Source: Vicugna vicugna
Lineage: Eukaryota
Assembly (NCBI GenBank): GCA_013265495.1
Contig: MU057809.1
Span: forward strand, 870,001 to 918,041
DNA: 48,041 bases
Reading direction: 5' to 3'
In this document: one piece after another, positions 34,320-46,330 of the stretch
Layout of the letters: each line of letters opens with the position of its first letter
Position numbering within the stretch: position 1 is the stretch's first letter
Program-made: the position numbers and the translations under genes
Notes under the pieces: generated by a model
What the model was told of the DNA's origin: nothing
The model's database searches: none
What the model saw: the letters and a program-made list of their open reading frames with translations, nothing else

Positions 34320-37300
34320 GAGAAGGCACATTCCGAAAGCCCAAGCATCTCCCCCAAACGCAGGAGCTCAGCCTCATCGCGAAACCTGCCAGACAAGCGT
34401 GGAAGCAAACCAGCGAATCCAAACACGGCTGCAGACGAGCGGACAGCGACCCGCCGAGAACAGATCTGCGCGAGCAAATGTGAGACGTTGGCAACGAGGG
34501 AAAAGGCGGGGGGAGTGGGGCTCCTGCGCTGTCCCTGAAGCTCCCCTTAAGTCAAGAGTCACCCTAGGACGAGCAGCCGGCAGGAGAGGAGACAGAACAA
34601 AAGGGAGAAACCAGGGAGGGCAGGCAGGACCGACGCCGGGCAGAGGGCAGCCCAGAGCAGGCGCTCACCCCCACCCCGAGGGGCGGCCACTCCAGTGCAC
34701 GGCGGGTTATCCCCCAGGAAGCCCCCACTGCCCTAAGTGAGGGCGCTCCTAAAAGCAGAGCTTCAGAATACGGGGAGCTGGGAGGAGGAAGGGGCAAATG
34801 GGCGAGGTCAGCTGGAGATGTGAAAAGTCCCAGCTCAGGTACAAATGAGAATGGACACAGGAGACAGTGAGCGTTCCAGACTGACGGCACCACCGCCCGG
34901 TCAGACCCCACAGAAGTCTCTAGAGCAGACCACCCAAACGCAGCAGGACACACCGTCTTCTCAAGCAGGGATGAGACAGGCTCCGAGGCAGAGCCTCTTG
35001 CTGGGGCATTAACGAAACGTGGCACATTAAAAAATAAACTAAAGCTGTACAGACTCATTCACAGACCATAACAGAATTAAACCAGGTATCAGTAAGGAAA
35101 GGAAAACGTCAGGACGTTTGAAAAGATAGTAAAAGCAACCCCGCAGCCAAGCAGGGCTTAGAGAAAAGCCCGCAGCCCCAGACGCTCGCGTTAGCAAACA
35201 AGCTCTCACGTCGACACGCTGAGCTTCCCCCGAAAGAGACTAGCGAACGGGGAAAACTCACCCGCAGCAAGCAGACGGAGGGAAAACGTAAGAGCAGAGG
35301 CCAGTGAGGCCGAGAAGAGGAAACAGGAGGAGGAAGCCCAGCACCGCTTCTCTGAAGAGACCAGCTAGCCTGGGAACCTCCGGAAGACGGCGAAGGGGGA
35401 AAGCCAGAGGAGGCAGGCGGCGGCGGGAACAGGGGCTCCCTCCCGCGCGGGCCCCGCAGGCGCCCACGCCCAGCACAGCCCACACCTCACGCTCCCCGGC
35501 CCCCGAGCGGCTGGCCTGCTGAAGCCCTTCGGTGCAGAAGGACCCGGGCCCGGATGCCTTCACGGGTGCAAATGGTCACAGAAGACGTTCGAGAAGACAC
35601 GGTGCCAACCCTACACACTCTCTTCCAGAGAGAGAAGGTGCGCCTCCCAGCAGGCTGCACAGGGCCAGCGCCCACGCACACACGGAGCCAGGCCCGATGG
35701 CACCAGACGCGACAACCACACACCAGCACCCTCACGGACACAGACCACAAAATCATCAACAGGACACGGGCAAGGTGAATCCAGCGACATGCAAGAGCAC
35801 TCCACGACAGCCACGGAGGGTTTACCCCGTGGTGTCAGGCCGGTTCAATCCCGAAAAATAAACTGATGCAGTCGACCATACTGATGGCTTTAGCAGAAAA
35901 ATCCCATGATCCTATCGACATAGGCAAGGAAAGGAAAGGATGTGACAACAGCTACTCACGACAAGCTAAGAACACGAAAAGGAATCAAGAATAGAAGGAG
36001 ACTCCTCCATCCCGAAACGGCCACGAAAACCTACAAGTCCCGTCGCTCCTCACGGTGAGACGAGGTGCTCCCCCAGGACCAGGAGCGAGGCAGGGGCGCC
36101 CGCCCTCGCCGCTCCGCTCCAGTCGCAGAGTGGAAGCCTCAAGCAGAGTAAGACACACCATCTGGAGGGGACACGAAACTGACCAAACTGACGCACAGCA
36201 GACCACGCAGAAAAACCCCAAGGAGCCAACCAAGAACAGACACCAACGACAGCGTTCACAGAACCGATACGTGTTTGCTAAGGTGTAGGAGACAAGGCGA
36301 ACAGCTCAAAAATCAGTCACTTCTACACAACAGCAATGGTAACAATTAATAGTAAACAAAAATGAAACAAAACTTACCACTGATATAGGAAGACAAACTG
36401 ACGTATAAATCTAATAAAACGTGCAGAATCTGTACACTGGAAGCACAAAGGGCTGATGGAAGAACTCAGAGATGTAAGTGAACAGAAACATTCCATGTTA
36501 ATGGAAGCCCCAACATAGTGAGAACGTCAATTCTCCCCAAACTCAAGTGTAAACTTAACACAACGCCAATAAAATCTCAGCAGGATATTTTTTGGGGGGT
36601 TGGGGGGTAGGTGCAGACAAATCAATTCAAAAGTTAATATTAAAAGTCTAAGGAACTAGTTAAAACAATTGTGAGAAAGAGGAATGAGGGAGGTGTGGGT
36701 AGAGCATGTGCTTGGCGTGCACAAGGTCCTGGTTCAATCCCCAGTGCCTCCTCGGTCAAGGGAAAAAAATAACAATAATACAAAAAAAATGTTTTAAAGA
36801 ATGAAATTGGAGGAATCACACTATCAGATTTTCAAACTTACCCTGAGGCCACAGTAATCAAGACAGTAGGGATGAGATAAATACTGAGATCAATTCCGCA
36901 AACTGGAGAGTCTAGAAATACAAATACAAATACGCCCAGCCAACTCCTGACACAGGCACCGGAGCGACTCGGCGAGGGGAGAGCAGCCCCTACCGCCAAC
37001 GGTGCCAAGGCAACTGAGCAGCCTCAAACAAAAATAAAACAAAAGTAAATACTGACCTAAACCTTGCACCTTGCACCAAATTCACCTGAACACATAGATC
37101 AGAGACGTAAACGTAAAATGTGAAACTAAAATTTTAAGAAAAAATGCAGGAGAACATCTTTGATACTTAGGGCCAGGCAAGAACTGTCCAGACTCCACAT
37201 CTAAAATTGATCAATAGGATGTTATCAAAATTAAAAACTCTTGTTAAAGACATTGGTGAGATAATGAAAAACAAGCTACAAACTAAGGGAAAATATTTGC

Positions 37301-37950
37301 AAATCACACATTTGACAAGCACATACCCTAAATGCATAAAGAACTTGCAAAATCCAACAATTAAAAACGAACAAAAAACAACAATTGGGTAAAAGACACG
37401 TAAAATATCTGAACAGGCACCTCAGCAGGGAGGCTGAACCGGCGGCAGCTCATCTCATGACGAGACATCCAACACCAGCTGCATCTGGGAAGCACCAGTG
37501 AGAACCGCGGGCGACACCGCACGCGGCCGAAGGGCGAGAACAGGAACGCTGACGATGCCGCGGGCTGACAAGGAAGCGGAGGGCCCCAGACTCTCACACG
37601 CTCCGTCTAAGCAGCCACCAACCCCACCCAAAGCCAGCCGCCCACTCGGCACACAACCTAGGAATTCCGCTCCTGGGCGTCTACCCTGGAGGAGTGAAGA
37701 CCGACGTCCCCACACAGCCCGAGCACGCGTGTCCTCGGCAGTTCTCATCACAACTGGCCCGAGCCGAAAGCAGCGCAAACATCCCTCAACAAGTGAGCAG
37801 ACAGGCCTTTCTCCAGGCTGTGGTGGGCCCGTCAGTGGAATACCAGCCGGCTATGGAAAGGAGCGACTGCAGCCTGACAGACGGCCAGCGAGGAAGCGGG
37901 GAGCCTGGGAACCTTGTCCGTCAGACCCGACAGCCTGGGACGCGCCCCGG
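34320..37950 (+). mobile_element. Degenerate LINE-1, most of ORF2 plus start of 3'UTR
   Basis: Collinear ORF2 remnants: cacagaccataacagaattaaaccag (endonuclease end), cagaccacaaaatcatcaaca, ggttcaatcccgaaaaataaactgatg, gtcaattctccccaaact, ttggaggaatcacactatcagattttcaaactta, ttatcaaaattaaaaactcttg. Many stops and frameshifts. Confidence 0.88.
36688..36795 (+). mobile_element. Second, more diverged tRNA-derived camelid-type SINE inserted in L1 ORF2
   Basis: gggaggtgtgggtagagcatgtgcttggcgtgcacaaggtcctggttcaatccccagtgcctcc plus A-rich tail. Flanked by imperfect repeats aaagaggaatga / aaagaatga; the L1 sequence rejoins across it. Confidence 0.85.
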
Positions 37951-38039
37951 CCCAGTGCACGTGGACGTTCTCCAGGACAGGCCGCAAAGCAAGTCTTAGT
38001 AAGCTAAATTTGTTTCTCTCATGGAATTAACTCAATGGG

Positions 38040-38780
38040 ACGGAAGCAGAACCCAGGAACAGATGGAAAACTCACAAGTGTGCGAGAACCGAACAGCACA
38101 CTCTCAAACAACCAAGAGATCAGAGAAGGAATCACAAGGAAGTCAGACAATACTTGAGATGAATGGAAACAAAACACTGGAGGGCCTTACGGCCCTACAT
38201 GCCCACACTAAGGAAGGAAGACCTCAAATCAGTAGCCTAACTGCGCACCTTAGGAAACTAGAGACAGGAGAGCAAGCTGACCTCGAAGCCGGCAGAAAGG
38301 CAAGAATAACACAGGTTAGAGCAGAGACTGAATGGCAGACTAGAAAACAACTAAGAAAATCAACAAAACCAAACCTGGTTATTCGAAAGGTCAACGAAAT
38401 TGGCAAGCCTGTGGCTGCAATGACTCACACACTTCAATACAGATCACAGTCAGTTCTATCTCTATACACCGGCAATGAACAATCTGAAAAGGAAATTTAA
38501 GAAAATTAACTCTACTTACAAGAGCATCAAAACCAGCCAAGTACTCAGGAATTAATCCTACCCAGGACGGGGTAAGATTTGTAACGAAAACTGCGGAAGA
38601 TTGCTGAAGGAAATTAAAGAAAAACTTAACAGATGGAGAGACAGTCCATGCTCATGGACAGGAAGACCTGACACTGTTAGGACATCAGAGGAGTCACCAC
38701 CACCTCGGAAAAGCACAACAGAGCTGTAAGACTCGCGCTTCCTGCTCTCGAAACTCGGTGGAGAGCTACAGGGATCAGAG
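38040..38780 (+). mobile_element. Separate LINE-1 ORF2 fragments with internal deletions
   Basis: acctcaaatcagtagcctaactgcgcaccttaggaaactaga and aagaaaatcaacaaaaccaaa (ORF2 linker), followed directly by tctatacaccggcaatgaacaatctgaaaaggaaatttaag (post-RT region). Confidence 0.8.
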
Positions 38781-38809
38781 GGGGACGGATTCTGTGCAGA
38801 TAGCGTCTT

Positions 38810-39108
38810 GGGTGAGTCTCACCTACGCTGTGGGAGAGAAGCCAGTCTCAGAAGGTTACACGCCCGGGATTCCATGCATCAGACGTCATCGGAAAAGCAA
38901 AACTGAAGGGACGGAGAACAGATGAGTGGTCGCCGGGGGGCTGTGGGTAGGCAGGTAGGTGATCGTAAAGTGACAGCGAGAGGGCGACTCTGAAGTGAGG
39001 GAATTATTCTGTGCGCTGGTGAGAGGGCAAATAACTACAATTCACAGAACTGTACACCAACAAAAAGACAATTTTACCATGTAATAATTTTAAAGTAAAA
39101 AACAAAAG
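38810..39108 (+). mobile_element. LINE-1 3'UTR terminus (L1MC-like)
   Basis: agaagccagtctcagaaggttaca...ggagaacagatgagtggtcgccgggg...ttcacagaactgtacaccaacaaaaagacaattttaccatgtaataattttaaag. Confidence 0.78.
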
Positions 39109-40201
39109 GTCGCCTAGTCTGTGTTCTGTGCCCACTTGTGTCAGATGTGGCTGCGCAGGTACCTGGTGGGAGGAGCATTTTATCGCTGACAGGCTCTAGA
39201 CCTGAAGGAACACGGTGACATAACAATCAGACTGGCTCTCCTTTGGTTTAATTGTTGTTTTCAGCTGCTCCGAAGACAACACGTTGCTGTAGACCCCTTC
39301 TCTGGGGGACCCCTCCCACAGCCACCCTGCGCACCCCACCCTGACGACACTGCACATTAAAAGGGACACAGAGTAAATTATGCCTCAATGAAACAGGTGT
39401 TTTTAAACTTCCCTTGGGGCTCCTGTTAGAAGTCAGGAGGCGGCCAGCAGAGCGCGCGCAGGGGTGCAGAGCCCGGCCCACCCAAGTGCGGGGTGAGCAC
39501 CAGCGCTTCGATACAATCGCTACGGCTAATTACTCTCACAGCGCCACGGGTGCCGTCACTAACTGCCGCTGGGGCTGGAGGAGAGCTGTGCTCGCTTTCA
39601 AAGCCATGAAGTATCGGAATCGTAGACGCAAGTCAGTCCAAGTACCGGCAGGCTTCGGAGGCCCCGAAACATCAAAACACGGACAACAGTTAGTGCCCAG
39701 AGACGCTCGCGGTGGCTTGCTCTTAACAGCTGGAAACGTGAAACAACTCAAGCCCCCAAAGTGGACAAACCAACTGCCTAACGGAGCAAAGTACACTCAC
39801 ACGAAGTCTGCGAGACCAAGGGAAAGGGTGCGGCGTGAAGTGGAGAAGCAGGGTTTAATGATGTGGGTTCCACGGTGTGTAAAACACACACAAATGGAAG
39901 AAGCACCAAAGGGGTCCCTTAGAGACGGGGCTCCAACCTCCGCATCTCAGTGCAGCCTCCCCTGAGATGCCATTAAAATGAGAGGAGAGTGCGTCCTTAC
40001 TTCTCCTGGGGCCTGCTGCCGAAAGGACAGAGAAGACGGAGGGAAAACGCCCAAAACCCTGAGACGCTGGAAGGCAGAGGAATGAGTGGTAAATCCCAGA
40101 CCAGCAGCGGAGGAGCCTGGAAGCCTCTACAGCACAGAAAACCCGGGGGTCTCAGGAAGGGCGTCACCACAGGGCTTCAGCTGGACGAGCGCTTGGAAGC
40201 C

Positions 40202-43080
40202 TTTTTTTTTTTTTTTTTAACTTTTTAGGAAATAATTACAGGAACTTGCAAAAAAGGAAAACAAAAGAAAAGGAAAAAGAAGAGGAACCCCCCACCACTG
40301 GGTCTCTCCCTCCGCGGTAACGACGTGAACGAACAGCCTGGAAGTCCCCAGCTCCCGGGCGATGCCCTGGCACGTGCAGGCCGTGTCACCGCCCCGCCGT
40401 CAGGACAGAGCCGCCCCCACGAGAAGGCTGACTCGTGCCACCCCTCTGTAGACAGCCTGCCCCCGAACCCTGGCAACTTCTTCTATTTTCTGGAAAGACA
40501 GTAAAACTGATGCTGATTATTCTTTCAATGCCTGGACTTCTCCACGGATACCATACGCGCCGGGTGACACCTTCTCGGGGAAGCACTTTAATTACAAACT
40601 CAGTGCTTTAACGTCTGTAAGACGACTCAGATGATCTGCCTCACCTCGGCTGAGCTCTGGCGGTTTCAGTTTCTGAGGAGTTCGTTGTCCCACTGCTCCT
40701 GAGTCGATGAGTCTGTAAGCAGAAAGCTGGTCATGGCGCCCTGTGTCCCGCAAACGGCCAGAGGGCCCGCCGAGCAGCCCTACTTCGTGCCTCCCTCTGT
40801 GTATTTGTCAGTTTTGGCTAGAGGTTCATTTTACTGAGCTTTCTCAAAGCACTAGATTTTTGCTTCAATGATTCTGTTTTTCTCCTTTAACTTCACTGTT
40901 TCCTCTTTTTTTATTTTCTTCTTTCTGCCGGTTTTGGGCCTATTTTGCTCTTGTTCTCCAGGTTCCCGAGGCTGGAATATAAATAAGAGACACCCCCCGC
41001 TTCTAACGTGCACACTCGGCGTGGGCGCTCCCTGCTCGGAGCTCGGCCCGCGGGCTGGCAGGTGCCTTTCACGGTCACGCAGCCGTTCCCCTCCCTGGAG
41101 ACCTCCTCTTCCACGCGGCAGCTGTTAATTTAAGAGGCTGTGGTTTAACTTCCAAACGTTCAGCGGTTTCCCTGTTGTTTTTCCATGACTGGCTTCCGGT
41201 CTGAGCTCCCTAGGGTCAGGGAACATTCCGGGAGTGAGCTGTCTGTCCTGAACCTGCTGAGACGTGTCCTAGCACCCGGGATGCGGTCCACCCTGGTGTA
41301 CGTTCCAGTGGCCCTGGGAGGGATGTGGACCCCGCCCAGCACCCGGCCTGCGCCCACCCGTGCCCGCGGGGTCCCGGTGGCTGACGGTGACGTTCGGCTC
41401 TTCCACCGTCGCTGAGAGGATTGTGTTGGGGTCCCCGACTGTTCGCGTGGGTCTGCTTCTGCTCCCAGCTCCACCAGTCGTGGCTCCGTGAGTTTGGCAC
41501 ACGTCCACTTAGGATGGTTGCACCCTCCTGGCAGACGGACCCTTGTGTAAAGCCCCTCTCTGTCACAGTATTTTATCTGAAGTCACGTAACTGACACAAG
41601 CCGCACCCACCTTCAGAGAATTAACGTCTGCACGACACGTCACTTTTCACTCCTTTACTTTCAACCTACCTCTGCCACTAGGGACGACGCTGAGTCCCTT
41701 GTGGATAAAATATCACTGGGTCACGCGCTGCCGTCCACTCAGCCAGGCTGCATGTTCTAACTGGAGGCTTGGGTCACTGACGGTGAAGTAACGACTGATT
41801 CACTAGTGTTCAAATCTGCCATTTTACTGTATGTTCTCCGTCTCCGTTTCTTCCTTCTTGCCTTCCAGTGGGTTACCTGCTCACACTTCAGAATTCCACC
41901 TGACTCTGCCTTGGGCTCGAGGGCCTCGCACTGCACAGTCTTCCTAGAGGTTGCTCTGAGCATTAAAACACACACGTTTAACTCGGCCTCATGACGCTGG
42001 CGTACGCCCCCCGCCCCCCACTCTAAAATCGGAATCGGCTCCGGAGTTTCTCTGTGCTGGTGACCGCCGCCGTCACGGGACGCTGCAGGCTTTCAGCCTC
42101 GGGCCCGAGGCAGAAGAAAGTCGGCAGAGCCTGCCTCACTTCTCCCGTTCTGACCCACTCCTGGGTCCCCTCCCTCTGGAGAGTCCCAGCTTCCCTCTGT
42201 CTCCGTGCCCCTCTTTTCCAGAAGGCTCCCTTAGACCTCCATTAAGGGCCGGTCTGCTGGTGACACAGTCTCTTCGCTTCACTTTGTCTGAGGACGTCTT
42301 GATTTCCCTTTCATCCCCGAAGGGTATTTTCACTGCTGACAGCTCTTTCCTCTCAGAACTTGAAAAATGTTGTGCACCTCTCTCTGGCCCCACAGTCTCA
42401 GATGAGAAACTGGCTGTCACTCAGATCCGTCTCCCCGCAGGTGACACAGTGCTTCTCTCCAGCTTCTTTCAAGATCTTTTCTTTGTGTTTAATTTTCAGA
42501 AGGTTAATTAGCACATGTCATGGTGTGGATGTCTGGTTTTATGCTGTGAGGGGCTCACTCCACTTCTTAAATCTGCAGTTTTACACCCTTCACCAAATTT
42601 GGGAAATTTTCAGTCATTATTTCTTCAGATGTTTTCCCAGCCCCAACCTTTCCCCTCCCTCCTGGGACTCCAGGTATGTGAACGTGGCGTCTCCTCCGCA
42701 GAGCCGGACGCTCGGCTCTTGTTTGCTCTCCCCACTGCTCTGGTGAGGCCGTTTCCATTGATTCGCCCTTGCGTTTACAATTCTCTCTGACCTGCAGCTA
42801 CCGCGGGGCCTGTCCAGTGAGTTTATTTTGGTTATTGTATTTTCCAGGTCTATAATGTGTTTGGTTCTTTTCTTAAAGAAAAAATAACTTCTGTTTCTTT
42901 GCTGAGGTTTACCATTTTCTCATTTGTTTAAGGAGAACGTGCAACTGTCTGCTGAAGTGTGTTTTGATGCTGCTTTCAAGTCCGTGTGGGGCGGCTACAT
43001 CCCCCGAGCCCCTGCAGTGCTGCGTCTGCTCCTGACGACCCGGTTCTGGGGAGGACAAGGGCTTCTACTGCTTCCTGGAC
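40202..43080 (-). mobile_element. Degenerate LINE-1 in gene-sense orientation (ORF1, ORF2 start, 3' end with A-tail); possibly two joined fragments
   Basis: Minus-strand translations EEIMTENFPNLVKGVKLQI and TASFSSET...VKIPFGDEREIKTSSDKVKRRDCVTSRPAL match L1 ORF1p; SKMADLN matches the ORF2 start region. T17 at 40202-40218 is the A-tail, next to an L1MD/MC-like 3' end. Confidence 0.85.
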
Positions 43081-44301
43081 GCTCAGCACCGCACCATGAG
43101 GTCTGCATCCGACTTAACCCTCTATTGGCTGGTGGCACCCTGTCCAGGTGCAAAGCCAGGTCCGGGGGCAGAAAGTGCTGTGCCCCTGGCCTTGCCAACA
43201 CCACAGCTGCGGATCAGGGGAACCAGGGCCGCCCTGCTGACACAGAGCCCAAGCAGAGCGTCCTGCTGGATGCGGCCGAGCAGGTGTGGGGGCACCCACC
43301 TGCACAGTGATCTCTCCGCGGGGGGAAATCTGGGTGGCACCTGCCCCACGGACCAGGGCACCTGCAGGTCCCCCAGACGCAGCTCAGGGCACCCTGCCAC
43401 ACTTCCCACAGCCTGCCATCACACAGCGACTGTAAGGGACACCCCGAGTCCCCTCTGCACCGTGAGACCCGGGGAGACAGCCCACGGCTGCTCCCGGCGT
43501 CTTGCCCTCCGGAGCGGCCCTCACCCTGCCCCCGAACACACGAGCAACCGGACGAACAAAGGACAAACGAACAGCGTCAGACCCTGGTGGGTCCCCAAGG
43601 ACAGCTGCTTACAAGGCCACGGCCCTCAGCTGGGAAACGCCTTGGAAACAGAGGGAGGACCTGGGACCCAGGAGGGGCTGTGACTGCCTTCACTCAGCAT
43701 CAGGGCATCGGGGGCCCAGCCACACAGGATTCGGGGCTGCGGGAGAGGGTGCCACACGGTCAGGGCCACCCAGCTGCAGGGGACAGGGCCCCACGGTGGG
43801 CGGGGCCCGGCTGTCTCCCTCCTGACTCCCCACCGCCTCCCGCGGGCCGGGCTCCTGGGCCCAGGTCTGTCTCCTCGGACCCACGGAAACAGCTGTGGGG
43901 TAGGGAGCCGAGGCCGGAGTCTGGTCCACAGCAGGCACTCCGAGCGGAGAGGCTCATGGCTCTGTGCACGCATGCCTGCCCGGGGACTTCTCGCTGAAGG
44001 ACCTCGCCGTCTCCCCTCCCTGAGAAGCCCGCTGGGTGGAGAGGGGCCAGGGAGACCCAGACACCCCAGGGACACACGGGCCGCTCCAGGCGCATCGCAG
44101 GGCGGCGTGCCATGGGCGGGGCTCCGCGAGGCTGCTCCCGCTCCCTGCGACGGCGCGCTCTGCTGCCTCCTGGCACTGGGGACGGCGGGCCAACCCGAGA
44201 GAGGACACGGACAAAAGGCCAAGCCCGGGTCGAGGCGGGGAAGCCACGTCCTGCGGAGATGAGCCCGGGGAGGGGGGGAGGCTGCAAAAGAGGCAACGTA
44301 C

Positions 44302-44390
44302 CTGAGCGAGCTCACCTCCTCCCTGGAGAACAGGAAGCTCTCCTCGGCCGGGGCCGCCTGGGTCCTCAGCATTTTCAGCTCCACCTCCAG
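44302..44390 (-). CDS. MAD1L1: MAD1L1 internal coding exon (equivalent to human exon 15), coiled-coil region
   Basis: Minus strand: acceptor ttcctcgtag|CTGGAG, donor CTCAG|gtacgt. 89 nt encoding LEVELKMLRTQAAPAEESFLFSREEVSSL plus AG, similar to human MAD1 LEMELKMLKSQSSSAEQSFLFSREEADTLR. Its phase-2 end fits the next exon. Confidence 0.95.
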
Positions 44391-45929
44391 CTACGAGGAA
44401 ACACAGGAGGGGGTCAACGCGGACTGGGGCTTCGAGACCCCTCAGCCGGGCCCCAGGAGCCCCACCTGTGGGGGTCGCGGCGAGGAGCCCCTCTCCCTGG
44501 CGCCCTCGGCAGGCGCTGGGCAAACTCAGGCTCCTTCCAGGCTCAGTTCTTGTCTCCACAGCAGCCGCAGGGACACGGCAGGCGGGGGTCGGTGGGGGGA
44601 GATGTCAGAGCCTGGGAAGGGGCCCACAGCCCTCGTAACGCACACGCCCCCCCGTTATCAGCGCTCTGATCCGCGCTAACCGTCATGATGTTTCACTTAT
44701 TCTGCTACTCGCACTCCTCCACGGGGCGACGGGGACGCACAGACGGCCCGGAAGGGGCTGCAGAATGACAGCTGTGCTACTGCGCCTGGGGGCACAAGGA
44801 ATGCTGGGAAGGGGCCCAGGGGACTCCCGCCTGGTGGACCCGGTGCAGGGACGCGGGACAGAGCAGCGCTCGGCAGTCCTGGGCTCCAAAAGCCCCTCGA
44901 CGAGATGCGGTGTTCAATCACCGCCAGCAGCCCAGAAGGACGCACCCAGGCCCGGCCCTGGGCTAAGCTCTGGCCGCTCTCCAGTCCATCCCCAGCACTG
45001 GAGCCTTCTGGTCTCTATGACACCCTGACACGAATCATTAGGGCCCTGGATGGGACTCACGCACCCAGGAGACCCCCAGCCTGCAGCTCGGATGGACAGC
45101 CCCACGAACACCCTGCAGACCGGCTCCCAGAACAGCCCCAGTGGAATCTTGCTACACATAGGGGCCCCATACCCACTTCTCTGGCCCCCACCGGGGCTTT
45201 GAGGGGCGCGGCCCCCCGCCCCCAACCCCTGCGGTGGCAGGTGCTCTGGGCACACCCTCCTGATCAAGGAGATGGCCCACGGCACGGAGCAAGCACCAGT
45301 GACGGCTGGGCTACGCAGCGTCACAAGAGGAACAGAATCCAAGGAGAAGTCATGTCCACCTGTCCCATGTGCCCCTTGACGCTATTGCTGCCGCCCCAGA
45401 AACCCAGGCTCACACAGAACCTCCCCCAGGAGCCCAGCCATCCTGATGTGAGGATCGCCTCCCGTCACCCGTCCCTGAGTGTCCAGTCTCGTCACTTGTC
45501 TCCAACGCCACCCAGCCTCTTCTCCGGCAGCGGCGGCCTGTGCTTCTGCAGTGAGGCTCACGACTGCGCAGGCACTGCCACACCAGTGCATGGGGCAGTC
45601 ACCCTCCTCTGTCCGGGCAGCCTCCTGACCACCCATGTCTGGTCTGCTCCCCCTGGCGGCTCAGATGGCAGAGTTCACCTGCAGGGGAGCCTTAGGAGCC
45701 ACACCGAGCAGTCAAAGGGCACGTCTGCCTGCAGTGTCATCAACTGTCACCGGCCTCCCTCAGGGTCGTCATCGCCCCACACACAGCAAGCCAGTCGACT
45801 GGCACTAGATCGTGGGGAAGGAAAGTGCAGTGGTGACCACAGGCACTCGATGTGGGGCCAAGCAAGGGGCACGGGCAGCTCGTGTTCAAGGGACCAGAAC
45901 CCCCACCGGCTTTCAGGGAGGGTGCTAAA

Positions 45930-46330
45930 GGCACCATTGGGAAGAGGGTTGTGGGCGCCCTTCTGACTGGCTGGTGCTGAGGTGAGAGGGTGCCACTTCG
46001 GGTTGGACCTCATCAACCCTCTGGGTCCGGTGGGTCTGGGGTCTCTGTGCTGTGGTCAGCATCCCCACCTGGCAGGGGATGCAGCGTCTGCAAAGCAGCT
46101 CAGGGACGTGGCTCAGAATATCACCTACAGCCCGCGAGGAGGAACCACAGGTCCTTGGTTGTTTCTTGGCTAAACAGTTACTGTGCTGTCTCGCTTGACT
46201 ATTTTCCTATGTTTCTGTATCTTCTCACTTTTCTGATTAAATTTGCTCTCGGGAGCTCAGGGGAGGCCTGGGAGGCTAAAGCTTTTCACAGACAAGAGGC
46301 GGGGACACAGAGCTCTGTCCCTGCGTTGGT
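45930..46330. mobile_element. Probable ERV-type solo LTR fragment (laurasiatherian/artiodactyl family)
   Basis: catcaaccctctgggtcc...gtctggggtctctgtgctgtggtcagcat...ctgcaaagcagctcagggacgtggctcagaatatcacctacagccc...cttttctgattaaatttgctct...ggcctgggaggctaaagcttttcacagacaagaggc resembles an LTR repeat I recall from ungulate genomes; family name and orientation not assigned. Confidence 0.6.

Larger units (their letters stand above)
28427..44301 (-). other. MAD1L1: MAD1L1 intron (15,875 nt, phase 2, GT-AG)
   Basis: Lies between the 89-nt and 91-nt exons; the split codon AG|G restores Arg and the reading frame. Confidence 0.9.

Noticed and set aside
34320..43080. Active retrotransposon or a domesticated reverse-transcriptase gene
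   Set aside because: All L1 ORF1/ORF2 homology is fragmentary, with stops, frameshifts, deletions and nested insertions.
44905..45966. 353-aa ORF, the longest in the track
   Set aside because: Pro/Ser/Gly/Arg-rich with no recognisable domain and antisense to MAD1L1; such ORFs are expected by chance at this GC content.
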